Source: Eledone cirrhosa
Lineage: Eukaryota
Length of the DNA stretch: 64,000 nucleotides
Direction: 5' to 3'
NCBI GenBank assembly: GCA_964016885.1
Contig: OZ024763.1
Coordinates: 3,224,001 to 3,288,000, forward strand
Part shown: one piece after another, positions 39,243-51,471 of the stretch
Layout: every line of letters starts with the position of its first letter
Numbering within the stretch: position 1 is the first letter of the stretch
Notes under the pieces: model-generated
What the model was told of the DNA's origin: nothing
The model's input: the letters and a program-made list of their open reading frames with translations, nothing else
The model's database searches: none
Translations under genes and position numbers: made by a program

Positions 39243-39921
39243 CTGGCAGTGGAAACAACAACAACAACAACAATGTTTACCATTGACTGACCAACGGTCA
39301 AAAATACAGATATAATATAGATATAAACACACATATATATATATATATAGTCTAACAAAGTTCTTTCATTGCACATCTGCAACATCGTCAGTGGTGCTAT
39401 TAGGTTCCTCCTGTTATTAATTCTGGCAATATTATTACAACAATATGACCCTCCCCAAGTATAACAATATTTGTTTCGACCCACGATTTCATATCAAAAA
39501 CCTCGCAAAACAAATATAAATATTTCTGAAGACAGCATATATATGTGTAGGTATGTATATTCCCTCTGATAGTTTGTATAAATATTGTACATAGATCTAT
39601 AGAATATGCATACCAACTCTAACACATATATATCCTAGAAACGATCGTAAAATGATGAATTTTTTTTAATATAAGGAACTGTTTCTCTGTTTATTCATTA
39701 TTTTATTAATTTATATATTTTATATATATATATATATATATATGAAAAGATTCAGGACCCCGACAGCTGAGCTCCGGGTGTTTCGACAGCTAGATCCGAA
39801 CGGACCTAGCTGTCGAAACACCCGGAATTTGTCAGGGTCCTGAATCTTTTAACCCACTCTACTGCAGCAAGTATCGAGTACTCTGGTGGGTTATGGTCTA
39901 GCTGGTTTTTAACACACCCTA

Positions 39922-39953
<32 letters not shown>

Positions 39954-40209
39954 CATCATCGTTTAACGTCTATCTTCCACGCTAGCATGGGTTTAGACGG
40001 GAATTGTCCCACTTGAGGCAAGATTGGTCGTCTCGCTCGTATAGGACTGTCTGGCAGGTTTTCTACGGCTGGATGCCCTTCCTAACACCAACCGCGTTTA
40101 CAGTGTGGACTGGGAGGTTTTTACCGTGTTACCTACATGGCCACATTACAGTGTGGACTGTGTGTTTTTTTGTCGTGACACCTACACGACCTCATTTATT
40201 TAGGACTGG

Positions 40210-40292
<83 letters not shown>

Positions 40293-40594
40293 TATATATA
40301 TATAATATATATATAAATATATATATATATCATCATCATATATATATAAATATATATATAAATATATACATATATATATATACAAATATATATGTATATA
40401 TATATATATATATATACACCTATATGGTGTTTACATCACAGAGGCCCCTTCCATAATAACATATCTATATATATATACACACCTATATGGTGTTTATACC
40501 ACTGAAGCGATGCCCCTCCTGACACCAACACAGGTTTATATATTATCACAACAAGATTTAACAACAAAAGGTCAACTATAAACACAGTACATAC

Positions 40595-40667
40595 CTATAT
40601 ATAGATAGGTTCTAGATTGCCAAAACTCCAACACTTTTACGATAAATGGATGGTGACCCAGCATCGA
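40595..40667 (-). CDS. RSKR: RSKR-like kinase exon (SMLGHHPFIVKVLEFWQSRTYLYI)
   Basis: 73 nt, HPFIV subdomain IV motif, canonical splice sites. Confidence 0.93.
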
Positions 40668-41333
40668 CTAGAAAAGAAGATTTTATTTTAGATTATAAAA
40701 ATTAAAAAAAAAATAATAATGAAAATTATTGTGTACAGTGCTCAGGTGCACTACAACTAATCAAAGGTGCATGTATAGTACATAGAACAATGTACAAATG
40801 TCAGGAAAGTGAACAATGTATGAGCCAGGATATACACACAGACAGACACACATGTGTACATCTATATATCATCATCATCATCATCTTACGTCTGCTTTTC
40901 CCTGCTTGCAAGGGTGGGACGGGACCTATTCAGCACATCATCTCTCCACTTGTCACGGTCCTTCGTCATCTACTGTGTGAGCTTCAGCAATCTGAGGTCT
41001 GCTCTCACCATCTCCGCCCATGTTTTTCGTGGTCTCCCTTCTACTGGGATTTCTTGGCACTTCTTTACCCAGCGGTCATCCTCCATGCTATAATAAATCT
41101 TTGAAGGAATTTCACCAGTCCAGCCTCCTGTCATTTTACTCAATAATAATTAACTCCGTTCTTGCACCAACAACAAGATTAAACATCGAAGATGGATGAG
41201 TTGCATAACGTTGAGGGCTTTACCTAATATTACATCACGGTTGACTATACAGAATGACCAGTTCTATCCAGTGGTGAACCACCAAACTTAAATGTATAGC
41301 TATATATATATATATATATTAAACGTTAAAAAA

Positions 41334-41410
41334 TATTTCATTCTGATGAGCGATTTCAGATGTCTGTGTTGAGCTCGTCTGTCTTTGTGAAACCTTTGGT
41401 AAATGGAATA
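41334..41410 (+). ncRNA. Type I hammerhead ribozyme motif, family A
   Basis: tatttcatt-CTGATGA-stem II (gcga...ttgt)-GAAA-cc ttt gg-TA-aatggaata; 9-bp stem I with one G.U; predicted cut after 41401. Confidence 0.75.
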
Positions 41411-41438
41411 ATTGTCTTATGTTGTTTATTACATAACT

Positions 41439-41488
<50 letters not shown>

Positions 41489-41928
41489 AATATATGAAAA
41501 AATGGCGTGCTGCATGGTTGCAAATGGATTACATATGAATAAATTTAGTCCTTCATCAGTGATCTTCCAACCTTCATTGGTATTTCATTGCTTTAAAGAC
41601 CATATACCTCCGGTTGGTGCGAGCAACGGCTAAAGAAAGTCGTTGGGACACGTAAATAAGGGGAACGAGCGAGACAGTAAACAATCAAAGATGGTAATGC
41701 AACGAAAAGTGAGGAAGGAGGAGTCAAGTCGAAATGTGAGCAAGGAAAGAATTTCGCACAGGTCAAACGGGAGGAAGAAGGAGTCAAGTCCCTGAAATCG
41801 ATGAATATAAGTTCTGTGAAATCGTAGACGAGAGAGAATAAAGACCATACGACCATATGAGAAAGGGAGAGAGAGACTAACTATACATGGAGAAAGATAG
41901 ACTATATATAGAGAGAGAGGTACTTTAC

Positions 41929-41997
41929 CTGGATGCAGGCTTCATCTTTACACTGCTGGACAGCATTTTCCAGAATAATCTGCCGTTTTTCAAGTAC
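41929..41997 (-). CDS. RSKR: RSKR-like kinase exon, alphaC helix (VLEKRQIILENAVQQCKDEACIQ)
   Basis: 69 nt, canonical splice sites; QCKxE..IQ motif. Confidence 0.93.
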
Positions 41998-42505
41998 CTG
42001 CAAGAAAGTACAATATTTAGGACCACAACCAAAAATGGACCCCCCCCCCCCTGTCATTCCGTTTGAAAAAGTGATGTTCTAGAAAGAAGCAATTACATCA
42101 GATATATATATGATCGGATGTAGTCACTTATATTCATATCGGCTTAAAATTTGAGTATATATATATATATATATATATCATCATCATCATCGTTTAATGT
42201 CCATCTTCCACGCTAGCATGGGTTAGACGGAAATTGTCTCACTTGAGGCAAGATTGGTCGGGTGATCATGTCTCGCCCGTATAGGACTGTATCTGGCAGG
42301 TTTTCTACGGCTGGATGCTCTTCCTAACACCAACCACATTACAGCGTGGACTGTGTATTTTTTTGTCGTGATACCTACACAACCTCATTAGTTTGGACTA
42401 GATGTTGTGGTACCAACATAACTTTATAGAGAAAGGGTGATGTTGGCGGGAGTGGGAGGATGGAGCAGGGGTAGTGGGTTGGGGTGTATGTTGGTAAACA
42501 CCTAC

Positions 42506-42589
42506 CTTAACAGCATAGAACTGCTTTTCATCATCTCTGTGGACTTTCAAGACATTCCCATAAGCTCCTTTGGCAATTACTGATATTAA
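42506..42589 (-). CDS. RSKR: RSKR-like kinase exon, Gly-rich loop and beta3 Lys (LISVIAKGAYGNVLKVHRDDEKQFYAVK)
   Basis: 84 nt, canonical splice sites; AKGxxG loop as in RSKR, AVK motif. Confidence 0.93.
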
Positions 42590-43267
42590 CTGAAAAGAAG
42601 GGTTCAGGATTCATTGGTGAAATCTATATATAAATTTGAGAGACTTCTGTCTGTCTGTCACACAATGTGTGTAAGTGTGTTTGTGTGAATGTATGTCTGT
42701 GAGTGTGTATTATTGTAAGTGTATCTGTTTATATTTATATACACATTTATATTTATATACTCATACATATAAATGAATGTATATGCACACATACACACAG
42801 ACACACATATAAACATACACATCAGTGTGTTAAAAAAAACCTAGTTCTTTAAAAGACACTAAAACAAATCAAAGGTCATCATCATCATCATCATCGTTTA
42901 ACATCTATCTTCCACGCTAGCATGGGTTAGACGGGTCATCTCTATTATTTCAGGTGAACCAAACAGAATTAAGATTTTACCAAAATATAAACACATTTAT
43001 TTCAACATAATACTGTGCTATCAAAGTACAAAGGCCAGTTGATAAGTTAATAGGCTGACTATGAAGGAGTGTGATGCTAGAGCTGTGAAATCTCGTATGC
43101 CATTAATTTCAACTCTTCTTCTTAATAACTGTATTGTTTCTTTCTAGGAACTATGTTGAAAAAAAAAACACCTCATTTGGTCATTCCATGAGAGTATCTT
43201 GATCAGACTATCAACTTTTTAGCTGACTCTCATGCATGTGTGTGTGTATATATATATATATAAAATA

Positions 43268-43344
43268 AATTTCATTCTGATGAACAATTTCAGACGTCTG
43301 TGTTGAGCTTGTCTGTCTTCGTGAAACCTTTGGTAAATGGAATA
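43268..43344 (+). ncRNA. Type I hammerhead ribozyme motif, family A copy 2
   Basis: CTGATGA 43277-43283, GAAA 43323-43326, GTA site 43333-43335. Confidence 0.7.
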
Positions 43345-43529
43345 ATTGTCTTATGTTGTTTATTACATAACTATATATATATATTTCGTTTCTGAATTTG
43401 TTTAGCAACATGACCCTCCCAAAGTATAACAATATATATATATATATATATATATTCACACACATATATATATATATATACACAGATATCATTTCTATAT
43501 AAATATATATCAATATTTTATAGAGAAAT

Positions 43530-43580
43530 GGCTCCTACAGGACTAGAACTGTTTCATTCATTTGAAATCATCAGGAACCT
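43530..43580 (-). ncRNA. Hammerhead motif, family B (imperfect stem I)
   Basis: intact core and stem III; more degenerate copies at 5565-5616 and 50880-50926. Confidence 0.55.
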
Positions 43581-43832
43581 GTGGTACAGATATTACAGGC
43601 AAAAAACCAACCGACAGAAGACTCAGGGGTAGACTCTGAGCAAGATGGTTGGATAACATCTATGAGCAACAATATTTATTTAGTTAACCTTCAGCACGCT
43701 GTGGACGACAAATTATGACAAGAGAGTATTCTCCCCTTAATACATAATACAGTGTCAAGGGAAGTAATTCATAAAAATAATTCAGCATGCTAAATGTTAA
43801 CGAAATGTTGTTTTATTAAAATAAGTTCTTAC

Positions 43833-44033
43833 CTCAAAGTTTTGATCTTCCAGCTCTCCTCGGACACAGAACTCTGGAAAGAACAAAGTCTCAGACAACG
43901 GAACCGGAGTTTGAGTTTTTTCTCTCTTCCTGTGGAAATGTCCATCGTTAACATCATTAATGGATGCTAATCTGGCTAATCGGGCAGAACTTCGAGATTT
44001 TCCTCGAACAAGTAACGAATCAACCAAAAATGT
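43833..44033 (-). CDS. RSKR: RSKR-like kinase exon (TFLVDS...LFFPEFCVRGELEDQNFE)
   Basis: 201 nt, cttcag acceptor and gtaaga donor; LFxPEF motif that precedes the kinase domain in RSKR. Confidence 0.85.
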
Positions 44034-44411
44034 CTGAAGATAGAAAAACAATAGGAAAAAGAAAAAAAAAAGAATTATCACTTGTAAATTTAAAACTCTT
44101 CAGGGTATATATTGATGACCAAAAGGGGTCTTTTTTTATAGACACACACACACACATATATATATACATATATATTCTTCTTCTTTCTTCTCACTTTCTG
44201 TTGCTTAAACCATTTTGTTTGTTCACCCTAACGTTCTCCTTATTTACGTGTCCCAACGACTTTTTTTAGCCTTTGTTCGCACCAACCTGAGGTATATGGC
44301 CCTTAAAGCGATGAAATGCCTAGGACGGTTGGAGGGTCACTGATGAAGGACTCACTTTTTCATATATATACATATATATATATACATACATATATATATA
44401 TCTTCATCAGA

Positions 44412-44484
44412 ACGTTCTGATGAACGATTTCAGATGACTGTGTCGAGCTCGTCTGTCTTCGTGAAACCTTTGGTAAATGGAATA
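44412..44484 (+). ncRNA. Type I hammerhead ribozyme motif, family A copy 3
   Basis: CTGATGA-acga...tcgt-GAAA-cctttggTA; stem I 5' strand replaced by a short inversion. Confidence 0.65.
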
Positions 44485-44507
44485 ATTGTCTTATGTTGTT
44501 TATTACA

Positions 44508-44547
<40 letters not shown>

Positions 44548-44565
44548 ATATCTATAAAAACTTAC

Positions 44566-44598
44566 AGATCTGATGGAAAGAAGCAGTTTGTTAACCAC
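44566..44598 (-). CDS. RSKR: RSKR-like kinase, putative 33-nt exon 2 (VVNKLLLSIRS)
   Basis: ttttttactag acceptor, gtaagt donor, phase 0-0; no motif support. Confidence 0.5.
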
Positions 44599-45481
44599 CT
44601 AGTAAAAAATAGCTCACAGCAGTTTAACATTTCAAAACTATCAAATTTCTCAGGTGAAGGCCACATGTAAATAAAAATACACCTGTGAATATAGCAAAAT
44701 AAAGTTAGAAGCTGTTACATTCTGAGAGTAAGATTACGAAGGTAAACCACTGCTGTGGAAAACAGGGTAAGTTGTTTTGTAGAGGAGGGGGAGGAGGAGA
44801 GGATAGAAGAGAGAAGAAGAAGGAGGAGGAGGAGGAGAAGATAGAAGGAGAGGAAAAGAAGAAGACAGAAGGTGAAGAAAAAGGCAAAGAAGAAGAAGAA
44901 GAAGATAGAAGAAGAAGGAGGCAAAGAAGGAGAAGAATAAGAAGACTTGTTGATAACAGGTAAAGAGATAGCATGATAGGTGTGTGGTGTATGTGTGTTG
45001 TGTGGTGTGTGTGTGTGCATGTGTGTTGTGTGGTGTGTGTGTGTTGCATGTGTGTTGTGTGCATGGTGTTGTATGGTGTGTGTGTGCATGGTATTGTGTG
45101 TGTGTGTTAAGGACATGTAGCTTTCTAAGTTATGTAGAAGTACATGTAGGAATGTGACAGGTTCAAAGACATGTAGCTATGTTTGTAAGGTATGTAGAAA
45201 CACATGCAGGAGTTTGACAGGGTTAAAGACACATGTATCAAATGGGACAACCCAAAAATATATATACACTTTTATTAAAATGCTGTTAAAATGTGTAAAC
45301 ATTTTTTAAGACACACTATATATATATATATATATTCTGCCCTGCCAGTCTCTTCAATCTTTCTAATTTCTCATTCTTTCTTCTGATGAAGGACTAGCAT
45401 CCGAAACGTTACGACTCTCTTCCTGCTATATCAAGCGTTAATCTAATATATTCCTTCCATATACTGTACCGATTGTGTTGT

Positions 45482-48400
45482 TCATCATCATCATCATCAC
45501 CGTTTTACGTCCGCTCTTCCACGCTAGCATGGGTTAGACGGGTTGTCCTGTTGTGGGCAGTGTCTGGTCGGCTGACCATGCCTTGCTCATACAGGAACTG
45601 ATCTGGCTTGATTTCTACAGCTGGATGCCCTTCCTAACACCAACCTCATTTACAGTGAGTGCTGGGTGCTTTTTCGTGGCGCCTACACGTCCACTTTACA
45701 GTGTGGGCTGGGTGCTTTTTTGCCGTGGCACCTCCACGACCACCTTGCGGTGGGGGGGGGGGGGGGCATATTGTTTATATGCTTCAGCATGTACCCATGG
45801 GAGGTCGGGTACCCTGTATTACTGCGTGACGCCAGAAGTCACGGTCGTGTGTCATTGACTTTGAGAGGTGTAGTTGGGTAAGGTCGGCTTTTATCACCTC
45901 ATCCCAAGTCATCTTGGGTCTCCCCACTCCGCGGTTTCCATCAACTTCTAGTGCTCTGCACCTTTTTATGCAGCTGTCATCCTTCATACGCATCACATGT
46001 CCATACCAGCGTAACCGCCTCTCCTGCACGCAGCATTTGATTCCTCTTATGCTCAGTCTCTCTCTCAATTCATTTATGCTTTGTCGTTCACGTATATTAC
46101 TGTTACACATCCATCGGAGCATGCAGGCTTCGTTTCTCTCTAATCTACGTAAGTCTTCCACCTTCAGCGCCCAGGTCTCACTACCATGCAACATCGCTGT
46201 TCGGATACACGCATCATACAGTCTGCCTTTCATTCTGAGGGAGAAGCCTTTTGCAGCTAGCAGTGGTAGTAGTTCCCTAAACTTCTTCCATCCCGTTCTT
46301 ACCCTAGTTATTGTACTTTCTGAGCACCCACCTCCGTTGCTAATTCGGTCACCTAGGTAGCAGAAGCTGTCTACTGTTTCTACAGGGCCCTCCCAGAGAT
46401 TGGTGGTACTTGTTTCCTGTGGCTGTTTGCTTGCTGTTTCAGCACAGCTGCTGCATGTGAATCCTACATTCTTAATTAAGCTTCCTGAGATCCCGCTACA
46501 TCTCTTGTGTACCCATTGTTTGCATTTGGGGCAAAGAATGGAGTTCCTACCTACACCTTTCCTACATACTGAGCAAGGCCATTTCCCTGAGGGGATCTGG
46601 GTTCTGTTTTCTCGTCTACTTATAAGGACCTTAGTCTTTGTCATGTTGACTTTGAGGCCCTTTCTCTCTAGTCCCTGCTTCCAGGTTTGGAATTTATTCT
46701 CTAGTTCTACCATAGATTCAGCTATGAGTGCGAGGTCATCAGCATACAGGAGTTCCCATGGGCATCCGGTCTTAAACTCCTCCGTTATTGCCTGCAGGAC
46801 TATGATGAACAGGAGAGGGCTAAGAACAGAGCCCTGGTGGACCCCAACCTGTACGCTAAATTCCTCGCTATACTCATTGCCAATCCTAACTTTGCTGACT
46901 GCTCCCCTATACATGGCTTGTACCGCTTTCACAAGCCATTCATCTACTCCTAGTTTTCTAAGAGCCCACCAGATTACTGCACGTGGAACTCTGTCAAAGG
47001 CTTTCTCAAGGTCGACAAATGCCAAGTAGAGTGGCTTACTTTTAGCTAGGTACTTTTCCTGTAATTGCCTCACAAGGAAGAGCGCATCAGTGGTGCCTTT
47101 CCCTGGAACAAACCCAAATTGCATCTCGTCTATATTCACCCGGTCCCTAATCAGCTGTGCTATAACTCTTTCTGTTACTTTCATGACCTGGTCCATCAAC
47201 TTTATACCTCTATAGTTTCCTCTATCTAGTGCATCGCCTTTACCTTTGTAGCAGTTGACAATGATGCTACTGCACCAATCTTTTGGTATGGCCCCCTCTA
47301 GTATTACCTGGTTAACGATACGTGTGGTTATAGTGTGACCTACAGACCCAGATGCCTTCAGCATCTCGGCAGCTATACCCGATGGACCGGTTGCCTTCCC
47401 TATCTTCATATCTCTGATTGCCTTACTTACTACGCTGCCGCTGACTTGTACTGCTGGTCCCTCTATAGGGTCTACGTGGGGTAGGGTCTCTTCTTCCCAT
47501 GCATTCTCCTCATTTAGTAATCTATCATAATGACTCTTCCATGCATCTTTCTTCTCAGCACTTGTGAGGGCAAGCTCACCTTTATCATTCCGGATACACT
47601 TCTCTCCAATGACATCACAACTATCTCTGACACACTGCCTCGCAATCTTGAATACCTCCTGTTTCTGGTCCTCACGTTGTAAAACATGCTTGAATTTTCT
47701 ATCCTCTGCTTCCCTCCTAGCTAAGTATACTTGTCGCCTAGCTTCCCTCTTGGTCTCTATGTAATGTACCCTGCTCCCCCCGTTCTTCCATTCTTTCCAT
47801 GCCTGTCTCTTGGCCTTGACTGCTTCATCTACCTTATTGTTCCACCACCAAGTCACTCTCCTCCTGCTTGAGGTCTTACTCCAGCCACAAACCTCATCCG
47901 TCGCCTCTAGTAAGTTATTTTTTAGGAACTCCCAGTTCTCTTCTACGTTAAATGTCTCTATCTGTTCTTCTTTACTGTCGTAGGCGTTGAGTAAAATATC
48001 TTTAAATCTGTTACTGGTTGAGGGGACTTTCAGCTTCCAGATCTTTCTTCTCCAGGTTGGCCTCTGTTTCAGGGCTCGTCTAGTTCTGACCGTGAGGTCG
48101 CTGACAACTAAGCTATGTTGGGATGTACATTCCTCACTAGGGAAGGCTTTTGTGTTTACGACCGTCCATCTGTCACGTCCTCTGATGAGGATAAAATCTA
48201 ACTGACTAGAGTGCTCCCCTGATCTATAGGTGATCAGGTGGTTGTCGGGTTTTTTAAAGTTTGTGTTACATATCGACATGTCATTGGCGTCGCAGAATTC
48301 TAGAAGTCTGAATCCTTCCTCATTCCTTGTGCCAACTCCATGGCCTCCATGTACTCTATTGAAGCCGTCGCAGTGTTTACCTACGTGTCCGTTAAAATCT

Positions 48401-48582
48401 CCTGCAATGATTAGGAAGTCCTTGTCGTCTGTTAGAGCAGTAGTGTGTATTAGGGACTCGTAAAACCTATCCTTAAGTTCGTCTGGCAGCCCCGATTGGG
48501 GTGCGTAAGCTGATATTATTGTGGTAATTGTCTTATTCAGGACTAGTCTGAGTTTAATTTCTGTTATTTCTGTTTACCTTTT
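45482..48582 (-). mobile_element. RTE-clade non-LTR retrotransposon, 5'-truncated, young, in RSKR intron 1
   Basis: stop-free frame from about 48558 to 45784 with APE (SAYAPQ, GDFNGHVG), RT (QGSVLSPLLF, YADD) and a Cys/His finger; 3' UTR ending in a (GAT)n tail. Confidence 0.95.
45784..48558 (-). CDS. RTE APE-RT polyprotein (N-terminally truncated, about 924 codons)
   Basis: 831-aa ORF in the track extends upstream in frame without stops. Confidence 0.9.
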   Translation of the reverse strand: MKLRLVLNKTITTIISAYAPQSGLPDELKDRFYESLIHTTALTDDKDFLIIAGDFNGHVGKHCDGFNRVHGGHGVGTRNEEGFRLLEFCDANDMSICNTNFKKPDNHLITYRSGEHSSQLDFILIRGRDRWTVVNTKAFPSEECTSQHSLVVSDLTVRTRRALKQRPTWRRKIWKLKVPSTSNRFKDILLNAYDSKEEQIETFNVEENWEFLKNNLLEATDEVCGWSKTSSRRRVTWWWNNKVDEAVKAKRQAWKEWKNGGSRVHYIETKREARRQVYLARREAEDRKFKHVLQREDQKQEVFKIARQCVRDSCDVIGEKCIRNDKGELALTSAEKKDAWKSHYDRLLNEENAWEEETLPHVDPIEGPAVQVSGSVVSKAIRDMKIGKATGPSGIAAEMLKASGSVGHTITTRIVNQVILEGAIPKDWCSSIIVNCYKGKGDALDRGNYRGIKLMDQVMKVTERVIAQLIRDRVNIDEMQFGFVPGKGTTDALFLVRQLQEKYLAKSKPLYLAFVDLEKAFDRVPRAVIWWALRKLGVDEWLVKAVQAMYRGAVSKVRIGNEYSEEFSVQVGVHQGSVLSPLLFIIVLQAITEEFKTGCPWELLYADDLALIAESMVELENKFQTWKQGLERKGLKVNMTKTKVLISRRENRTQIPSGKWPCSVCRKGVGRNSILCPKCKQWVHKRCSGISGSLIKNVGFTCSSCAETASKQPQETSTTNLWEGPVETVDSFCYLGDRISNGGGCSESTITRVRTGWKKFRELLPLLAAKGFSLRMKGRLYDACIRTAMLHGSETWALKVEDLRRLERNEACMLRWMCNSNIRERQSINELRERLSIRGIKCCVQERRLRWYGHVMRMKDDSCIKRCRALEVDGNRGVGRPKMTWDEVIKADLTQLHLSKSMTHDRDFWRHAVIQGTRPPMGTC

Positions 48583-48841
48583 ACATATATATATTTATAT
48601 GAATGTATGTATAGTATATTTGGCAATATACCGTATGTTTAATTAAAAACATTTAGAAGACCATTTGCTATCAATTTTAAAGTAGTGACTATGTCACTTA
48701 CTTATATTTTTGGCAAAGGCTGGGAGAATGGCTGACAGCTGTTTCTCGCTGCTTGGCGTTTATCAAAGCCACACGCTCACCTACCTTTGCTGAAAATTAT
48801 AGAAGCTGGATTCTTATAGAATTCCAGTAATAATCAGGAGC

Positions 48842-48883
<42 letters not shown>

Positions 48884-49905
48884 ATAATAATAAATGTGAA
48901 GACTAAAATCCGAAGAGGGCTTGATAAGGATAATATATATCAAATATATAAAACCATAGATCAAATATTTATTAAAATAACAGATTAAAGTTTAAGCAAA
49001 GAATTTCTGCTTTCACCCTTAACGGGATCTTCTGAAACTTCTGAATCTTCTGAGTTTCAGAAGATCCCGTTAAGGGTGAAAGCAGCGATTCTTTGCTTAA
49101 ACTTTAATCTGTTATTTTAATAAATATTTATGTGCGTGTGTAGTGCAGGTAAAGAAATAAAACAAACTGAAGACAGCTTAATAATAAATAATTAAGACAG
49201 GTGTTAATTGAAAAAGTTTGCTCCACCACCACCACCACCACCATCATCATTGTTGTTTGCCTTAGTTGAATACCTGAGAGAGAGAGAGAGAGAGGAGGGT
49301 AGATAGAGAGGGGAGAGATAGAGAGAGTTTAACGTTTTATCTTCGTAGACAATAAGTGGAGGAATTCCTTTCATATTATAACTTAAGTTGATATAGTTTT
49401 GGAGCGATGGGGGAGGTGGGGGATAGTTTATTGCAACATGAAACCAACACCACCACCACCACCACCACCACCACCACCACCCTACTACACCACCTCCAAT
49501 CAAAACTACCCCCAAAACCACCATCCCACCACTAACAACCACCACCAACACTATCATTACAATCGAATCCCAGTGCATTACTGGTACTTTATTTTATCAA
49601 CCCCGTAAGGATGAAAGGCAAACCTAATCTCGGCGGGATTTGAACTCACAATAATAATAATAATAATGGTTTCTTATATAGGCACAAGGCCAGCAATTTT
49701 GGGGGAGGGGGCAGTCGATTAAACGACCCAGTGTATTACTGGTACTTTATTTTAATAATAATACCAATAATTATTTAAGGATCTGATATAAACAATATCA
49801 TTCTATATATTCAGGTAAAAATGTATGTACACACTTCAACAGCATTTTAATAAATATTGCCTGTACAGGTAATCAAGGTGTGTTATATATTTTGGGGGAA
49901 ATACC

Positions 49906-49936
<31 letters not shown>

Positions 49937-50018
49937 CGTTATTCCGGGTTGAATCGGAAGTAACCACAGTAAGTAAGGTACTCAATACATTGCAGAGTAT
50001 AAAAGTTTTGATATAGAT

Positions 50019-50071
50019 GAGATTCTACAGGACTAGAACTGTTTCATTCTTTAGAAATCATCAGGAATCTC
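50019..50071 (-). ncRNA. Type I hammerhead ribozyme motif, family B
   Basis: gagattc-CTGATGA-tttctaaagaat-GAAA-cag ttctagtc ctg-TA-gaatctc; perfect 7-bp stem I. Confidence 0.75.
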
Positions 50072-50122
50072 AGGTTCCTGATGATTTCTAAAGAATGAAA
50101 CAGTTCTAGTCCTGTAGAATCT
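50072..50122 (+). ncRNA. Type I hammerhead ribozyme motif, family B, inverted partner
   Basis: aggttc-CTGATGA-tttctaaagaat-GAAA-cagttctagtcctg-TA-gaatct. Confidence 0.72.
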
Positions 50123-50124
50123 CA

Positions 50125-50181
<57 letters not shown>

Positions 50182-50763
50182 GGGCCTCGTTTGTCTTAAA
50201 AATATGAGGGGGACAAACCAACATTTGTTGATTCTTAAAGGAACATGGTGCCTTCCCCGGAACCAATCACATACGTCACATTTTACGCTAATTAAATTTT
50301 ATATATTCAAATGAAGTTCAGATATAAAAAAAATAAGCTTAAAAGAATTTATTATATCAAATAAACAAAAAAACAAAAGATGGTTTGTTCCCCGTTTCTG
50401 AAAAAGTGGGGGTTGGGGGACTTGTCCTCTGCTACCACCCCCTGAAACAAGGCTCTTCTATATATATATATATATAAATGAAGTAATTCCGTCGGAAAGG
50501 TGGTCCAGGAAAAAAGGAGTGCTCTATGTAGCGATAATTATCTTATGTTGTTTATATATATATATAAAACGAAGGAAGTGTGGTAAGGAACCAGGTGGAC
50601 CATAACGCACCAGAGTACTCAATACTTAGGGTAGTAGAGTAGGTAATAGGAAAATGTTCAAGACCCCCGACGGCAGAGCTCGAGCCGTTTCGACAGCTAT
50701 TTCTGAGTCCAGAAATAGCCGTCGAAACGGCTCGAGCTCTGCCGTCGGGGTCTTAAACATTTT

Positions 50764-50802
<39 letters not shown>

Positions 50803-51218
50803 GCACACACATAATGTAATAGCGATCAGATTTCGTTTCGTGAGAGGAAATCGAAGATTCTATAATGCAATGTAGAGATCGCTTCTACAGGACTAGAACT
50901 GTTTCATTCGTATGAAATCATTAGAGTAGGAGCAATTTCTATATTAAATTTCATGTTTACACTTTACTAATATATTGAGTACCTTTTTAACAGTGGTTAC
51001 TCCCGTTTTAAATCGCGATCTGTATATATATACAGGTAAATCGGGATCTATATATATATATACAGGTAAATCGGGATCTGTATATATATACAGATAAATC
51101 GGGATCTGTATATATATATATACAGGTAATTTAAATAATTCCTCTGCCCAGGTAACAATAAGATTATATATATATATAATAGTAAAAGAATATTATATAT
51201 ATATATACTTATATATAC

Positions 51219-51249
<31 letters not shown>

Positions 51250-51411
51250 CAGGTATATACAAGTAATTACTAACAACAGGTGAACAAGCAGGTACATTGT
51301 TTTTTTTTTGGAGGGGGAAAAGGCGGTGGTTTCGCTTCTTAGATCGATGTTTGCAAAAAAAGGGGGTAAAAATAACAATTTTAAACATGATCAATATAAT
51401 CGATATTTTAC

Positions 51412-51471
51412 CTGTGTGTCTGGTACAGATTGAGATTTCCTCAATCGTGGTTTGTTTTGATGATTTCCCAT
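51412..51471 (-). CDS. RSKR: RSKR/SGK494-like kinase, probable first coding exon (MGNHQNKPRLRKSQSVPDTQ)
   Basis: aaaATGg start, 60 nt, phase-0 CAG|GTAAAA donor; Met-Gly N-terminus; frame-compatible with downstream exons. Confidence 0.7.

Noticed and set aside
45914-48463. Plus-strand ORFs overlapping the RTE
   Set aside because: Antisense shadows of the RT ORF
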